From contig CAVYHV010000012.1 in the NCBI GenBank assembly GCA_963768425.1, forward strand, positions 1-64,000: 64,000 nucleotides of DNA, written 5' to 3'. The notes under the pieces were generated by a model that ran no database searches, was not told where the DNA came from, and worked only from the letters and a program-made list of their open reading frames with translations. The position numbers were made by a program, and so were the translations under genes. This document shows, piece after piece, positions 54,151-64,000 of this stretch. Origin of the DNA: Candidatus Bathyarchaeota archaeon (lineage in GTDB: Archaea > Thermoproteota > Bathyarchaeia > Bathyarchaeales > Bathycorpusculaceae). Numbering within the stretch: position 1 is the stretch's first letter; every line of letters begins with the position of its first letter.

Positions 54151-55427
54151 ACACCAAAAACAGCCAGTTCTTGCTTGCCGAATAATGTAACTTCCACTTT
54201 GCTGTTTTTCGCAATTGTCGAGTGGGGTGGAACTATGGCATAGCCATTTGATTTAACGATGGTTGACAGCGCGCTTGAGCCGCCCTCAACCGGCTCTGCC
54301 AAAAACTTGCCTTCGCTTTGGGTCAGCTTAAGGAGTTGGAACCTGAATTGCGGCCCAGAATCCAATGTTTCAGTTAGTTCAGCTGTTAAGCGCGGCTGCA
54401 TTCCCGCTTCTTTTAAGCCAGAGTATAGGCTGATTAGTGGTGCTGCGAAAAGGTAGAAGCCAGCAATGCATGATCCGATGTGCCCAGGCAACATAATTAC
54501 GGGTTTACCGTTAACTGCGCCAAAGCCTGAAACCGCGCCTGGACGAAGAAGTATCCCTTGAACAATAACACCGGGGTTCCCAAGAGAATTAACAGCGTCT
54601 GGAACAAAATCTTTCACTCCGACCGACGAACCGCCAATGGTAACGACAATATCCGCCTGCGCCAAAGCTTCACTAATTTTAGCTGTAACCTTGTCCAAAG
54701 AGTCAGGCATGATTCCCAACATTTGAGCCGATGCGCCAAGTTCAGAAGCTAAACCTGCAACGACAAGCGCGTAGTTGTTGGCAATTTTTTCGGGGTTCTT
54801 TTGGCGTTGACGAATTAACTCGTCTCCACCAGATAAGATAGCTACCGTTGGCTTTTTGAAAACTTCAGCCTCCTTCAACCCAATGGAAGCGAGCAAACCA
54901 ACATCTTGCGGTCTAAGAACCTGCCCTTTTACATTAATTAAATCGCCCTTCTTGACGTCGTCGCCCAATGGAATTACACCCTCTCCTAGCTTGATTGGTC
55001 GGAGAACTTGAATTTGGTCGCCGCTCAGGCGGGTTTCCTCCACTTTTACAGTTGAATCCGCACCTTTAGGGATCGGAGCGCCGCAGGCAACGTAAACAGC
55101 TTGTCCGGCTCCTACTGTTAAGGCGGGTGGATAGTCGACAGGGAATAATTTGCCAATAATTTTGAAAGTGGCGGGTGCGTTGACAGAGGCGTTTTTTGTT
55201 TCTTGCGAGTTGATTGCGTAGCCATCTATGAATGTCTTGTCGTAGGCGGGGATGTTGATTTCAGAAAAGATATCTTTTGCCAAAACTCTGCCTAAGGCTT
55301 CGGTTAAGAGGATGCTCTCGCTGTGTGTTTTGTTTTTGCGTGCGGCTTCAAGGAGTTGCTTTTGAGCGTCTATGGGGTTGCCGCGTTTAGGTAGCCTCTT
55401 GATGTCGGGTCTTTTCACTTTAGGCAC
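54147..55427 (-). CDS. moeA: Molybdopterin molybdenumtransferase
   Basis: ALGRVLA, DGYA, GAPIPKGAD, GDEL, GGSSVG..D, LPG. Confidence 0.9.
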   Translation of the reverse strand: MPKVKRPDIKRLPKRGNPIDAQKQLLEAARKNKTHSESILLTEALGRVLAKDIFSEINIPAYDKTFIDGYAINSQETKNASVNAPATFKIIGKLFPVDYPPALTVGAGQAVYVACGAPIPKGADSTVKVEETRLSGDQIQVLRPIKLGEGVIPLGDDVKKGDLINVKGQVLRPQDVGLLASIGLKEAEVFKKPTVAILSGGDELIRQRQKNPEKIANNYALVVAGLASELGASAQMLGIMPDSLDKVTAKISEALAQADIVVTIGGSSVGVKDFVPDAVNSLGNPGVIVQGILLRPGAVSGFGAVNGKPVIMLPGHIGSCIAGFYLFAAPLISLYSGLKEAGMQPRLTAELTETLDSGPQFRFQLLKLTQSEGKFLAEPVEGGSSALSTIVKSNGYAIVPPHSTIAKNSKVEVTLFGKQELAVFGV

Positions 55428-56213
55428 CTACAAAATTATTCTTTCTGCGCCCGTGTAAACGTTCATTCGGGTTCCTCTGACGAAGCCGGCGAGCGCGATA
55501 TTGGCTTTTTCAGCCGACGAGATGCCCGAATTCAGGACAGCCGCCACTGAAGCTACGATGGGCAAGCCGACTTTTGCTGCTTTGTAAATCATATCGCCAG
55601 GTACCCGTCCGGTGATAATCATGAAGCATTGGCTAAAGTCCACCCTGTTTAGGGATGCCTCTCCGATGACTTTGTCAACTGTGTTATGCCGTCCTACGTC
55701 CTCGGAGAAAGCAACCATTGTCCCGTCTGCCTTGAAAATGCCGGAGTCATGGAGCCCTCCCGTTTCTTTGAAGCCTTTAGCTTTACTGTTCATCTGTTTT
55801 ATGCAATCAAGAATTATCTGCGCTTTTACCTTCAGTGACGATTTCACAATAGGTATTTTTTCGTCATGTTGATATGGCGATGTGCTGGCTTTGATTAGCG
55901 GGATTATGCGGGTAGTGCGCCGCGAGTTTTTCATTCGCTCAGCCAAATCAACGTTTGCCTTTACATTTATCTGGCAGCGGTGTTCTTTTTCGTCACTGCT
56001 TAAGGATTCGATTTCATCAACTGAGTGCAGAACATCTTCCGCAAGCAAGTACCCGACTGCAAGCTCTTTGAACTGCGAAGGAGAGCACCAGATTACAAAC
56101 ATGTAAGCATCATTAAGTGAGATTTGAAGGGGCACTTCTTCGGCAACCCAGTCCTTTGTCTTCTCTGATTTTCCAGTTGACAAATCTAGTCTTACCATTT
56201 CAACCTGACGCAT
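55428..56213 (-). CDS. fdhD: FdhD-family cofactor-insertion protein (lacks the CGxCG loop)
   Basis: AEEVPL, ELAVGYL..E, TGGLH, EDVGRHNTVDK, TGRV, GFVRG..MNVY. Confidence 0.9.
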   Translation of the reverse strand: MRQVEMVRLDLSTGKSEKTKDWVAEEVPLQISLNDAYMFVIWCSPSQFKELAVGYLLAEDVLHSVDEIESLSSDEKEHRCQINVKANVDLAERMKNSRRTTRIIPLIKASTSPYQHDEKIPIVKSSLKVKAQIILDCIKQMNSKAKGFKETGGLHDSGIFKADGTMVAFSEDVGRHNTVDKVIGEASLNRVDFSQCFMIITGRVPGDMIYKAAKVGLPIVASVAAVLNSGISSAEKANIALAGFVRGTRMNVYTGAERIIL

Positions 56214-56361
56214 AACTTGCCCTCATGCTTTGTTGTGTTTTGAGCTCAGCGCTGTTGATAAGGCATTCGGCTACCAAGCATGCCCAAGAAACAGGCACAT
56301 TGAGCGTAAATTCACTTTTTTCAAACGAATAAAAAATTGAAAAAAACTTATGATAGAAAAA

Positions 56362-57183
56362 CTATAGGTATTTTTCGTATGTTTTAAGTTGCGGATTGTT
56401 GGCTTTGTTGACGAATAGTTTGCCTGTGCCGTGTTCTGCTAGGTCGCCCAAGAATACATAGAATGGCCCCGCAACGCTTTGGGTGTCATCGATTTTGACT
56501 TTAGGTTTGACGCTGTCAACGGTGAATCCAGGCATTACTTCTTGGATTGTGCCTGTTATGACTATTTTGCCGCCAGTCATTAATGCGCCTGCGCGGTTGT
56601 CACATTCCTTGTCAACGAGGATTGCGCCATCGCTCATGTGGTAGCCCAGGAACCTACCTGCGCCGCCTTTGATTTTTAGTACGCCTCCATGCAGGTAGCA
56701 TCCGACGTCGCTGCCGACTTTGCCGTCAACAACAATCAATCCGCCTTTCATGCCTGTGGCTGTGCCGCGGTATGGAGAAGCTAAATAATCACCTGCGTCT
56801 CCATGCACTTCAATTAAGCCGCCTTTCATGTCGTCACCTGACCATCCGCCTATGTTGCCGTTTACTGTGATTTTGCCACCAGCCATTTTTTCTCCTGTGT
56901 GCATACCGCAGTCGCCATTGACAACTATTTCTCCTGTTTTCATCGCTTGGCCAATTCGTTTGACTTTGCCGGCGTCTCCGTTTATTGTGATGTAGGGTGT
57001 TTCAAGGTGGTCTTCTTGTATTTCGAAGAGGTCGCCGAGTTTTAAGTTGCGGTTTCCTTCGGTTACGGGTAAGTTTGATATTTCAGTGGTGTCTTTGCCT
57101 TTGAAGAAATCGGGGGTTATGCATGCTGCTTGGACAGGCACCTCGAATTTTCTTTTCGGTGTTAAGATGATCATTTCAGACAC
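56362..57183 (-). CDS. fwdC: Formylmethanofuran dehydrogenase subunit C
   Basis: GxGxxM.GG.I.V.G repeats, YRG...GM.GG, GDLAE.G.GKL. Confidence 0.95.
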   Translation of the reverse strand: MSEMIILTPKRKFEVPVQAACITPDFFKGKDTTEISNLPVTEGNRNLKLGDLFEIQEDHLETPYITINGDAGKVKRIGQAMKTGEIVVNGDCGMHTGEKMAGGKITVNGNIGGWSGDDMKGGLIEVHGDAGDYLASPYRGTATGMKGGLIVVDGKVGSDVGCYLHGGVLKIKGGAGRFLGYHMSDGAILVDKECDNRAGALMTGGKIVITGTIQEVMPGFTVDSVKPKVKIDDTQSVAGPFYVFLGDLAEHGTGKLFVNKANNPQLKTYEKYL

Positions 57184-58873
57184 TTGCCTTAACAGTTAAT
57201 TTTTCTTGAACCTTGAGGTAATGCTCGAACACTGGATAATTGTCGTATTCGATTGTCCAGTACTGTCTGAATTTCTGTCTCATTTCATCGTCGATTATAC
57301 AGGGGTCTTTGGTTTGGACATCAAGCCACATGGTTCTGCCAGGTGTTGTGTTATCAACTACTTCACCATCTTTAACAACAATCTTGCCGTCTTTGACAGT
57401 GTATGCTGCGTGTTTGAAGGCTTTACGTGCGATCTTGAATTGTTGGGCAATGTCGAGTTTTTCAGGGTTAATATTGAAAATTGCAACATCTGCATCTGCT
57501 CCAACGCCAAGTTGACCTTTGGTTTTAAGACCCAAAGCTTTTGCTTGCCCAGCACGGGTCATAATGGCTATTTCGTAGAGGGACATTTCCCGGTCGATTG
57601 CGGGAAGCAGACTCTTTTTCTGGGCTCTCTTATTGCAGTGTTTAAGTGTTATTTCGCGTGCTTTCTTGCTGTATAGCCAAGCGAGAACACGTGGGTAAGC
57701 GAAGAAGGGTCCACCGTTTGGATGATCGGTTGACAAGAACATTTTCCAAGGGTCCTTAATGAGCAACGCTAATTCCAACCCAATAGACCATTGTAGCGCG
57801 TTTACTGGGCTGTTTTTTTTGTAGTGGAAAGGTATTATTCCGCCGCTGGTTTCGGTTTCGATGTCACTGTTAACCCATTTGTTGTGGCCGCCTAACTCGT
57901 AGAGTGAAAATTCGAATGGTCCGTCAGCAGTCATGGTTGTGGTGTCGGTGAATATGACTTGTCCCATATCGAAGGTCATGTGGTTGTGAGCATTGATGTA
58001 GCTTGAAATTTCTTCTGAGGCGGTATTAAAGTGTGCCCAGCTGTCACCAGCGAAGCTTGCGAACTGCAAATGAGTAATGTGGCCAACGGGTTTGCCGTTG
58101 TAAGGAACGCTTTCTAGTGCCTTCATAGTATCAAGTGTCGTAGTGTAGTTGCCAGGTAATCCAAGGTTGTTAGTGTGAAGATGTATCGAGTGAGGCAGAT
58201 TGAGAAGTGCATTAACTCTAGCTAAGCCGCAAATTATTTCGCGGGGGGTAATGCAGAAGTTAGCCACTTGGTCGTCTATGCTGTGGACGTTGTGTCCGAA
58301 ACCCCAAGATTCCAAGCCGCCTGGGTTAACGATTTTTATCGCATAGCCTTTGGTTATATCCAGCATCCAAGCGACGTGTTTGGCGCATTCTTCGATGTTG
58401 CCTTTGGCTAGGTTTTCTAATACGAACCACCAATCGCCTAGAAGCGGATAAGTGGCCTTGTCAAGTAAGGGTATGTCGTTTAATTCTTCATGGGTATGTT
58501 TAGCTTCCAAAGGCGCCATAGACGGATTCATAACAGTTGTGTAACCCATACGGGAATATCGATAACCAGTAGTGAAAGTCGAGGGAATGGAGTAACCAGT
58601 GCCGCTGCGGGTCATTGCTGTTTTGCGTTCCACATCTTTAACGTGATCATCCGGACGGATTATTCTGCCAGTGTTAACTTCTCCACCCGCAATGTGGGTA
58701 TGGATGTCAACACCGCCAGGCATAACAGTTAAACCTGAAGCGTCAATCACTTTGGCTTTGGTACTGACTTTTTGGACAATTTTGCCGTTTTTGATTGCTA
58801 TGTCCATTTTTTCTCCGTTAATCCCGTTTATTGGGTCAAAGACAAAGCCATTTTTTATGAGTAATTCAGTCAT
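57176..58873 (-). CDS. fwdA: Formylmethanofuran dehydrogenase subunit A
   Basis: GGVDIHTHIAG, K.VNPGG, H.HTNNLG.PGN, TMTADGP, TDHPNGGPF. Confidence 0.95.
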   Translation of the reverse strand: MTELLIKNGFVFDPINGINGEKMDIAIKNGKIVQKVSTKAKVIDASGLTVMPGGVDIHTHIAGGEVNTGRIIRPDDHVKDVERKTAMTRSGTGYSIPSTFTTGYRYSRMGYTTVMNPSMAPLEAKHTHEELNDIPLLDKATYPLLGDWWFVLENLAKGNIEECAKHVAWMLDITKGYAIKIVNPGGLESWGFGHNVHSIDDQVANFCITPREIICGLARVNALLNLPHSIHLHTNNLGLPGNYTTTLDTMKALESVPYNGKPVGHITHLQFASFAGDSWAHFNTASEEISSYINAHNHMTFDMGQVIFTDTTTMTADGPFEFSLYELGGHNKWVNSDIETETSGGIIPFHYKKNSPVNALQWSIGLELALLIKDPWKMFLSTDHPNGGPFFAYPRVLAWLYSKKAREITLKHCNKRAQKKSLLPAIDREMSLYEIAIMTRAGQAKALGLKTKGQLGVGADADVAIFNINPEKLDIAQQFKIARKAFKHAAYTVKDGKIVVKDGEVVDNTTPGRTMWLDVQTKDPCIIDDEMRQKFRQYWTIEYDNYPVFEHYLKVQEKLTVKASV

Positions 58874-60421
58874 TTAAGCTACCTTCGCTTTTTTTCTTTG
58901 CTTAACTTCAATCTTAGGAGCAAGGTTGTTGCGCGCTTTAAGTTCGGCTTTGGTTTCGGTTTCGGGGTTTTTGGCCTTGATTACTCGAACTTCATCAAGG
59001 ATTCTCTTCAGCAACTCCTCATCATTGAGGATTCCCGGTGGTGGTTCAACGACTTTGCGCAACATTATTGGCACGTGATCCATGCGGTAAGCTGAACCTT
59101 CGTATTCTATTCCGCACCATTGTGTTGGAAACACTACATCGCCAAGCCTTGAGATAGCGTTCATGTCTGGGTTAATCGTAATCAACGGGTGCTTCACCAT
59201 ATTTTGCATTGCTGATTTAGGAAAGTTCGCACCTGGATCTGACGAAATAACTAGAGTCGCATCGGTGTCGCCGCGTCTTAGCAGGTCAATAGATGTGAAT
59301 TCCCCTGGATTGTATTGTGGGTAGCCCTGTGAGAAGTCAATCGCGTATGGGTAACCTGTTGTCCAAGCGAAAACCACGTTTGCACCTGTGACATTGAAGT
59401 GCCCTCTCATAGGCGAGATAACAAATTTGGTTTTTCTATTAAGATCACGTGTTAACGCAATTGCTATTTCTATATTCCTGAACCTGCCAGCACTTTGAGT
59501 TAAACCAAGACCGAAGAAGATAACTCCAAAGTCGCAGTTCACCATTGCGTCAGCTACCTCTTTGAGGTATTCAACTGGGACACCGCCTACTTTGTCAACA
59601 TCCAATTCTTGATCAACAACTAAACATCTCATAGCATCAAGTATTTCATAGTCTTTATTCGGTTGAACTTGAATAAAATAATCAGCTGCCTCGGCGGTCA
59701 TGGTTTTTCTAACGTCGACGACAATCAGTTTACGCCCCGCCTTGTTGATTGCCTGTGGAGGACCACCTACAATGCATGCTTGTGGAGCAACTGGAGGATT
59801 ATAACCATCTAATATTCGCCGTGACGCTGCTACCACTTTTTTCTTGCTTTGGGTACCTTTTAGTTTTTCCAGGTAACTTTTCCATTCGCTTCCCTCAAAG
59901 CGCCCGTCAGTAAAACTGGTGTACCTTTCAAGATGTCTTGGATGTGAAGACCAGGGGTCACATGCCCAGTAAACTATTAGATCTGCACGATGTCTGATTT
60001 GCCCAAGAGTACACGCGGGGATACCAATTTCTTGTGTAGCCATAACTGATGGTCCGTGGCAAACACTGCAGCAGTTATCCAATGCTGAGCCCAATTCTTC
60101 AGCTAACTGAACACCGATTCGCTGCGCCTCGCAGGTTGAACTGCTCCAACCGAACAGCAGCGGATACTTTGCGTCGGTGAGAATTTGTGCTGCTTTATGT
60201 ACTGCTTCATCCATCGACACGGCGACTAACTTACCGTCCTTTCTTATCAGCGGTTTTAGAATTCGCTCGTCGCTCTTGTAACCGTGAACCATCTTAGCTT
60301 CACATTGAGCACAACCATTCTTCATTTTAACAATCTCGTTGTTTTCCACAGTTACTTCTAAGTCATCACACAAGCAGCCGCAAATTGGACAAACAACTGA
60401 TTTTATTGTTTCTGCCATCAA
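58874..60421 (-). CDS. fwdB: Formylmethanofuran dehydrogenase subunit B (Cys-type, with insertions)
   Basis: CPICGCLCDD, SVCHGPS (TGC codon), HPRH, MRGHFNVTG, G.AYRMD.VP. Confidence 0.95.
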   Translation of the reverse strand: MMAETIKSVVCPICGCLCDDLEVTVENNEIVKMKNGCAQCEAKMVHGYKSDERILKPLIRKDGKLVAVSMDEAVHKAAQILTDAKYPLLFGWSSSTCEAQRIGVQLAEELGSALDNCCSVCHGPSVMATQEIGIPACTLGQIRHRADLIVYWACDPWSSHPRHLERYTSFTDGRFEGSEWKSYLEKLKGTQSKKKVVAASRRILDGYNPPVAPQACIVGGPPQAINKAGRKLIVVDVRKTMTAEAADYFIQVQPNKDYEILDAMRCLVVDQELDVDKVGGVPVEYLKEVADAMVNCDFGVIFFGLGLTQSAGRFRNIEIAIALTRDLNRKTKFVISPMRGHFNVTGANVVFAWTTGYPYAIDFSQGYPQYNPGEFTSIDLLRRGDTDATLVISSDPGANFPKSAMQNMVKHPLITINPDMNAISRLGDVVFPTQWCGIEYEGSAYRMDHVPIMLRKVVEPPPGILNDEELLKRILDEVRVIKAKNPETETKAELKARNNLAPKIEVKQRKKAKVA

Positions 60422-60423
60422 AA

Positions 60424-60825
60424 TTACCTTCCATACTCCTCTTTCAAAAGTTCATCAAGCGTCAAGACCACTTGGTTTGGAGCAGGTTCAACTTCGACCG
60501 CAAAACCCTTGTACAGAGGCATACCCATTCCGAAAGTTTCATCTCCACAGACGGCATTTGCCCATAAACCGCAAGGGATGAAAACTAACCCAGGATTGGA
60601 GCCATAGGGGTTTTTCGCTGCTTTGACGATGACTGAACCATACTTTGAAGTGACTTTGACGTTTGTTCGGCTTTTTATGCCGAGTTTTTTCAAGTCAGCT
60701 TCATCTATAATGCAGATGGATGAGCTGTCAAAGTATTCTTTTGAGCCTTTCCCCATTTCCTTTCCAACGCCTTGATCGATTGTTCTACCAGTGATTAGAA
60801 TTACCCGCAGCTTTTGCTCTACCAT
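60424..60825 (-). CDS. fwdD: Formylmethanofuran dehydrogenase subunit D
   Basis: LITGRTIDQG, G.VFIP.G.WAN, T...GMP.YKG. Confidence 0.95.
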   Translation of the reverse strand: MVEQKLRVILITGRTIDQGVGKEMGKGSKEYFDSSSICIIDEADLKKLGIKSRTNVKVTSKYGSVIVKAAKNPYGSNPGLVFIPCGLWANAVCGDETFGMGMPLYKGFAVEVEPAPNQVVLTLDELLKEEYGR

Positions 60826-61051
60826 GGTCTAAGACCTTACCCAATAGAAATTTGAAGAGTTATATTTAAAATTAAGTTAATTAAAAGTGTAAAATTCACC
60901 TTTAACTCGGCAGATGCAGTCGGTTTAACAAGTTGGCAAGTTGCTGGTGACCTGGTTTTACCTGTTGAAGCCAATCGACGGGAGCATAAAAGCTTCAGGC
61001 TTACTGTCTAATCGCTATTCTTATATGTTCAACATTTGAGAGTTATGGGGC

Positions 61052-61837
61052 ATGCAAGCAGAAATCGGGATAATCGGCGGAACAGGGCTGTACGACCCTG
61101 AACTTCTCAAGAACGTTCAGGAAGTAATGGTGGAAACGCCCTACGGGAAACCTTCAGACTCCATAACTGTTGGAGAGTTAGGCGGCAAGAGCGTTGCTTT
61201 CCTGCCTCGGCATGGCAAAAAACATACGATTAGGCCGACAGACATCAACGTTAGAGCAAATATCTTCGCCTTAAAGAAACTCGGGGTAAAACGCATCTTG
61301 GCTCCATCCACTGTCGGCTCTCTGCGTGAAGAATATCATCCCGGCGAAATCGTCTTCTGCGACCAATTCATCGACCGCACAACAAGACGGGAACAGTCAT
61401 TCTACACCCAAGACAGAGTTTGCCACATAACTGTCGCCGAACCCATGTGCCCTGAACTTAGAGAAAACATAATCTCAGTTGCGAAAACCATGGGCATCAA
61501 AATGCACGAAACTGGAACATACGTCTGCATCGAAGGACCACGTTTTTCGACTAAGGCTGAATCGAAAATGCATCGTCAATGGGGGGCAGATGTCGTCGGC
61601 ATGACTCTGGTTCCCGAATGCGTCTTGGCCAGAGAAGCGGAAATATGCTACGCATCAATTTCAACAGTGACCGACTACGACGTGTGGAAAGACCATCCGG
61701 TCTGCGTTGACGACGTCATCAGAATAATGAAGACAAACATCGAAAACGTGAAAAAAATAATCGCAGAAACCGTAACCAAGCTGCCATCGGAACCCGCCTG
61801 CAAATGCGGAGAAGCCCTCAAAGGAGCATTTGTCTAA
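61052..61837 (+). CDS. mtnP: S-methyl-5'-thioadenosine phosphorylase
   Basis: IGIIGGTGLY, PRHG..H, EGPRFSTKAES, VGMT..PE..LARE, TDYD. Confidence 0.95.
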   Translation: MQAEIGIIGGTGLYDPELLKNVQEVMVETPYGKPSDSITVGELGGKSVAFLPRHGKKHTIRPTDINVRANIFALKKLGVKRILAPSTVGSLREEYHPGEIVFCDQFIDRTTRREQSFYTQDRVCHITVAEPMCPELRENIISVAKTMGIKMHETGTYVCIEGPRFSTKAESKMHRQWGADVVGMTLVPECVLAREAEICYASISTVTDYDVWKDHPVCVDDVIRIMKTNIENVKKIIAETVTKLPSEPACKCGEALKGAFV

Positions 61838-62396
61838 GGAGAAACCAAACATGACCAACCACGATGGTAAAATAGACTTAAAATCGAAAGTTAGAAGGAT
61901 ACCTCAGTTTAAAGGCGTAGTGTTCTGGGACATAACACCCCTTTTGAAAGACAAAGATTCTCTTCATGAAAGCGTAATGCAGCTAGCTGATCATTTCAGG
62001 AAAGAACACATCGACCTTGTTGTTTCAAACGAAGCCAGAGGCTTCATCATCGGTGCAGCTGTCGCCTACGAGTTAGGTGTAGGCTTCGTGCCTATAAGAA
62101 AAAAAGGCAAGTTGCCCTCCAAATGCGTCCAGCTGGAATACCTGAAAGAATACGAATCTGACGTAATCGAGATTCATGAAGACGCCATCGAAAAGGGCCA
62201 GAAAATCTTGCTAATCGACGATTTACTTGCAACCGGTGGAACCATAAAAGCCAACATTGATTTGGTCGAAAAACTCGGCGGAAAAGTCGTCGGCTTAGGC
62301 TTCCTCGTTGAACTCTGCTACCTCGAAGGCAGAAAACTGGTAAGCAACAAATACAACATGTATTCACTGATTCAGCTGCAAAACACAGACAGCTAA
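61830..62396 (+). CDS. apt: Adenine phosphoribosyltransferase
   Basis: GV.FWDITPLL, EARGF, RKKGKLP, DDLLATGGT. Confidence 0.95.
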   Translation: MSKEKPNMTNHDGKIDLKSKVRRIPQFKGVVFWDITPLLKDKDSLHESVMQLADHFRKEHIDLVVSNEARGFIIGAAVAYELGVGFVPIRKKGKLPSKCVQLEYLKEYESDVIEIHEDAIEKGQKILLIDDLLATGGTIKANIDLVEKLGGKVVGLGFLVELCYLEGRKLVSNKYNMYSLIQLQNTDS

Positions 62397-62618
62397 AACA
62401 GCCGCGAACTCAGGGGTTTAGGCTTTCAGCCCCAAATTATTTTGAAGATGCGCAACGCGCTCAACGAAATCCAGTTCGGTCACCTTAAACTAAAAGAAAG
62501 GCTCTCTGATGGATGTTAGCAGTATATGAGTGCGTCAAATCCTCGACAGAAAACCTGCTCTTAAGCGCACTAATAGTTTATAAAATGCCCTTTTAACTAG
62601 TATAATGGATCTGATTTT

Positions 62619-62874
62619 ATGCCACAATACATAGTAAATTCAGCAATTTTGAACAAGGACCCGAAAGCTTGCGCGGAGGGAGCAGCAAAAATGCTTGCAT
62701 CTGGAAAATTCAAGGATGTTCAAGACTAGATCGTGTTACTGTTCCAGCGCCGAGGGCAGGGTTGCATTCGTAATTGAAGGAGCAAGTAGAGATGCCGTGT
62801 TGCAGGCGATGGAGAAAATCGACATCCCAGTCGCATCAATAATGGAAGCTGAAGAAGTAAAGGCCAAGAAATAG
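62619..62874 (+). CDS. Small ~84-aa protein split by a 1-nt insertion (not in ORF track); DUF4242/DUF3303-like fold is an inference
   Basis: Removing one base near 62721 gives MPQYIVNS...KDVKTRSCYCSSAEGRVAFVIEGASRDAVLQAMEK...EVKAKK; TATA TTTATAA upstream. Confidence 0.6.
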
Positions 62875-63430
62875 TTAATCCGTTAAAATCAACTTTGCAG
62901 TCTCGGCATAGATTTGGAAGTCGCCTTCAGAAAACAGAACCAAAATAACCTTTTCTATCCTGTCTTCCTTTTCCAAAAAATCCTTCACCGTTTGCACAGC
63001 AACGCGGCTGGCATCTTCAATCGGGTACCCATACGCTCCCGTGCTGATAGATGGAAAAGCCACTACTTTGAGCCCCCTCGAAACGGCGAGCTTTAGTGAG
63101 TTTCTGTAGGCTTGCTTAAGAAGTTCAGCTTCAACATGGAAGCCGCCCATCCAAACGGGTCCAACCGTGTGAATAACATATTTTGCTTTCAAGTTGCCGC
63201 CTGACGTGATAACGGCTTTTCCGGTTGGAAGACCATCAGGCCACTCTGTCTCCCTAATCCGTCTGCATTCCTCATCGATTCTGGGTCCGCCTCTGCGATG
63301 TATTGCGCCGTCGACTCCGCCTCCTCCCCTCAGCGACGAGTTTGCAGCGTTCACAATCGCGTCTGCCTCAACATCCGTTATGTCTCCCCTGATAATTTGC
63401 TAAAACGGCTTTTCCAACTTTAAACTCCAT
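62875..63430 (-). CDS. Macro domain O-acetyl-ADP-ribose deacetylase (YmdB-like; 1-nt insertion near 63400)
   Basis: GDIT...DAIVNAAN..L.GGGGVDGAIH, VIHTVGP, FPSISTGAYGYP. Confidence 0.9.
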
Positions 63431-63460
63431 AATTAACCACTAACCCCAAATCCTATATAA

Positions 63461-64000
63461 CTATGCTAAAATCGACCACAACGATGAACCCACAAAGTAC
63501 GCTCCGAAGCCGATGAAGACTGCAACGCAGAAAAGCGTTATCCCCATTCTCACCTGCTGATTCCACCGTTGAGACCACAATTGCTGTGACTTAAAAATCG
63601 CGAAAGCAATAATCGTGTAGAATGACAAATCGCAGAGCCAATGCACCCCTGCAAACAAGGAAAAGCCGATGAGCCCGAACAGTTGTGCGTTAAGAATCAG
63701 GGTTGTGCCGATGGTTAACCACCAGAGGATAAACCCTGCGTTTACAGCGGTTGTATAAATGCCTGCAAGCACCGAATCTCGACTGGAACTCACAGGTGCC
63801 TCTTCTGTTTTGTTTCGTTTCATAAACGTTTGAATACCCATAAAAACCATCATGGAGCCGCCGACTAAACCAACTGCGACCTGGACAAAACTTGGAATCT
63901 TAAATTGGCTTAAAACAAAAAAGATGACAAACATCAATGGGAGCTCGATTACCGCGTGGCCGACGGCGATCAATGCGCCCTGCGCTTTTGCGTTTGTAGG
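63461..64000 (-). CDS. LysE-family translocator (5'-truncated by window edge)
   Basis: GHAVIELP, G..T...N..F.LWWLTIG, HWLCD. Confidence 0.8.
   Translation of the reverse strand, partial: PTNAKAQGALIAVGHAVIELPLMFVIFFVLSQFKIPSFVQVAVGLVGGSMMVFMGIQTFMKRNKTEEAPVSSSRDSVLAGIYTTAVNAGFILWWLTIGTTLILNAQLFGLIGFSLFAGVHWLCDLSFYTIIAFAIFKSQQLWSQRWNQQVRMGITLFCVAVFIGFGAYFVGSSLWSILA

Noticed and set aside
60040-60080. Selenocysteine in FwdB or SelD
   Set aside because: Both homologous positions are TGC (Cys); no in-frame TGA was found.
62715-62735. In-frame TAG in the small ORF as recoding
   Set aside because: The sensible continuation is in a different frame; a single-base insertion explains it.
2445-63430. 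Widespread programmed frameshifting or mass pseudogenisation
   Set aside because: Indels hit essential genes such as lig at unrelated contexts with no common slippery motif, which is typical of long-read consensus error.

Overview
Archaeal chromosomal segment, most consistent with Bathyarchaeia (inference). The evidence is PQQ-like beta-propeller surface-protein paralogues, a stand-alone EF-2 with a non-RGIT switch I, fwdDBAC, an XPB-Bax1 pair, Nre and an intron-containing tRNA. Many genes, including DNA ligase, are split by single-base indels, which are most likely assembly errors, so split ORFs are merged below. Contents: DNA repair/replication genes; a metal ABC transporter with divergent NikR; tRNA-Asp(GTC) with a D-loop intron followed by a small att-bounded island; an IS200/IS605 tnpA-only element; two dissimilar tandem glutamine synthetases; MTAP and APRT; and a ~16 kb Mo/W-cofactor region (dsrE-tusA-selD, modE, modABC, two mobB, mobA, moeA, fdhD, fwdDBAC). 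The best candidate for an undescribed system is the dsrE-tusA-Cys-type selD operon. It lies in the same region as an FdhD lacking its catalytic Cys motif and a Cys-type FwdB with insertions, which suggests an alternative S/Se delivery route to the formylmethanofuran dehydrogenase cofactor. Other leads are an unannotated 27-aa acidic CxxCxCxxC peptide, a structured 5' leader on a beta-propeller gene, and two non-coding short-repeat clusters.
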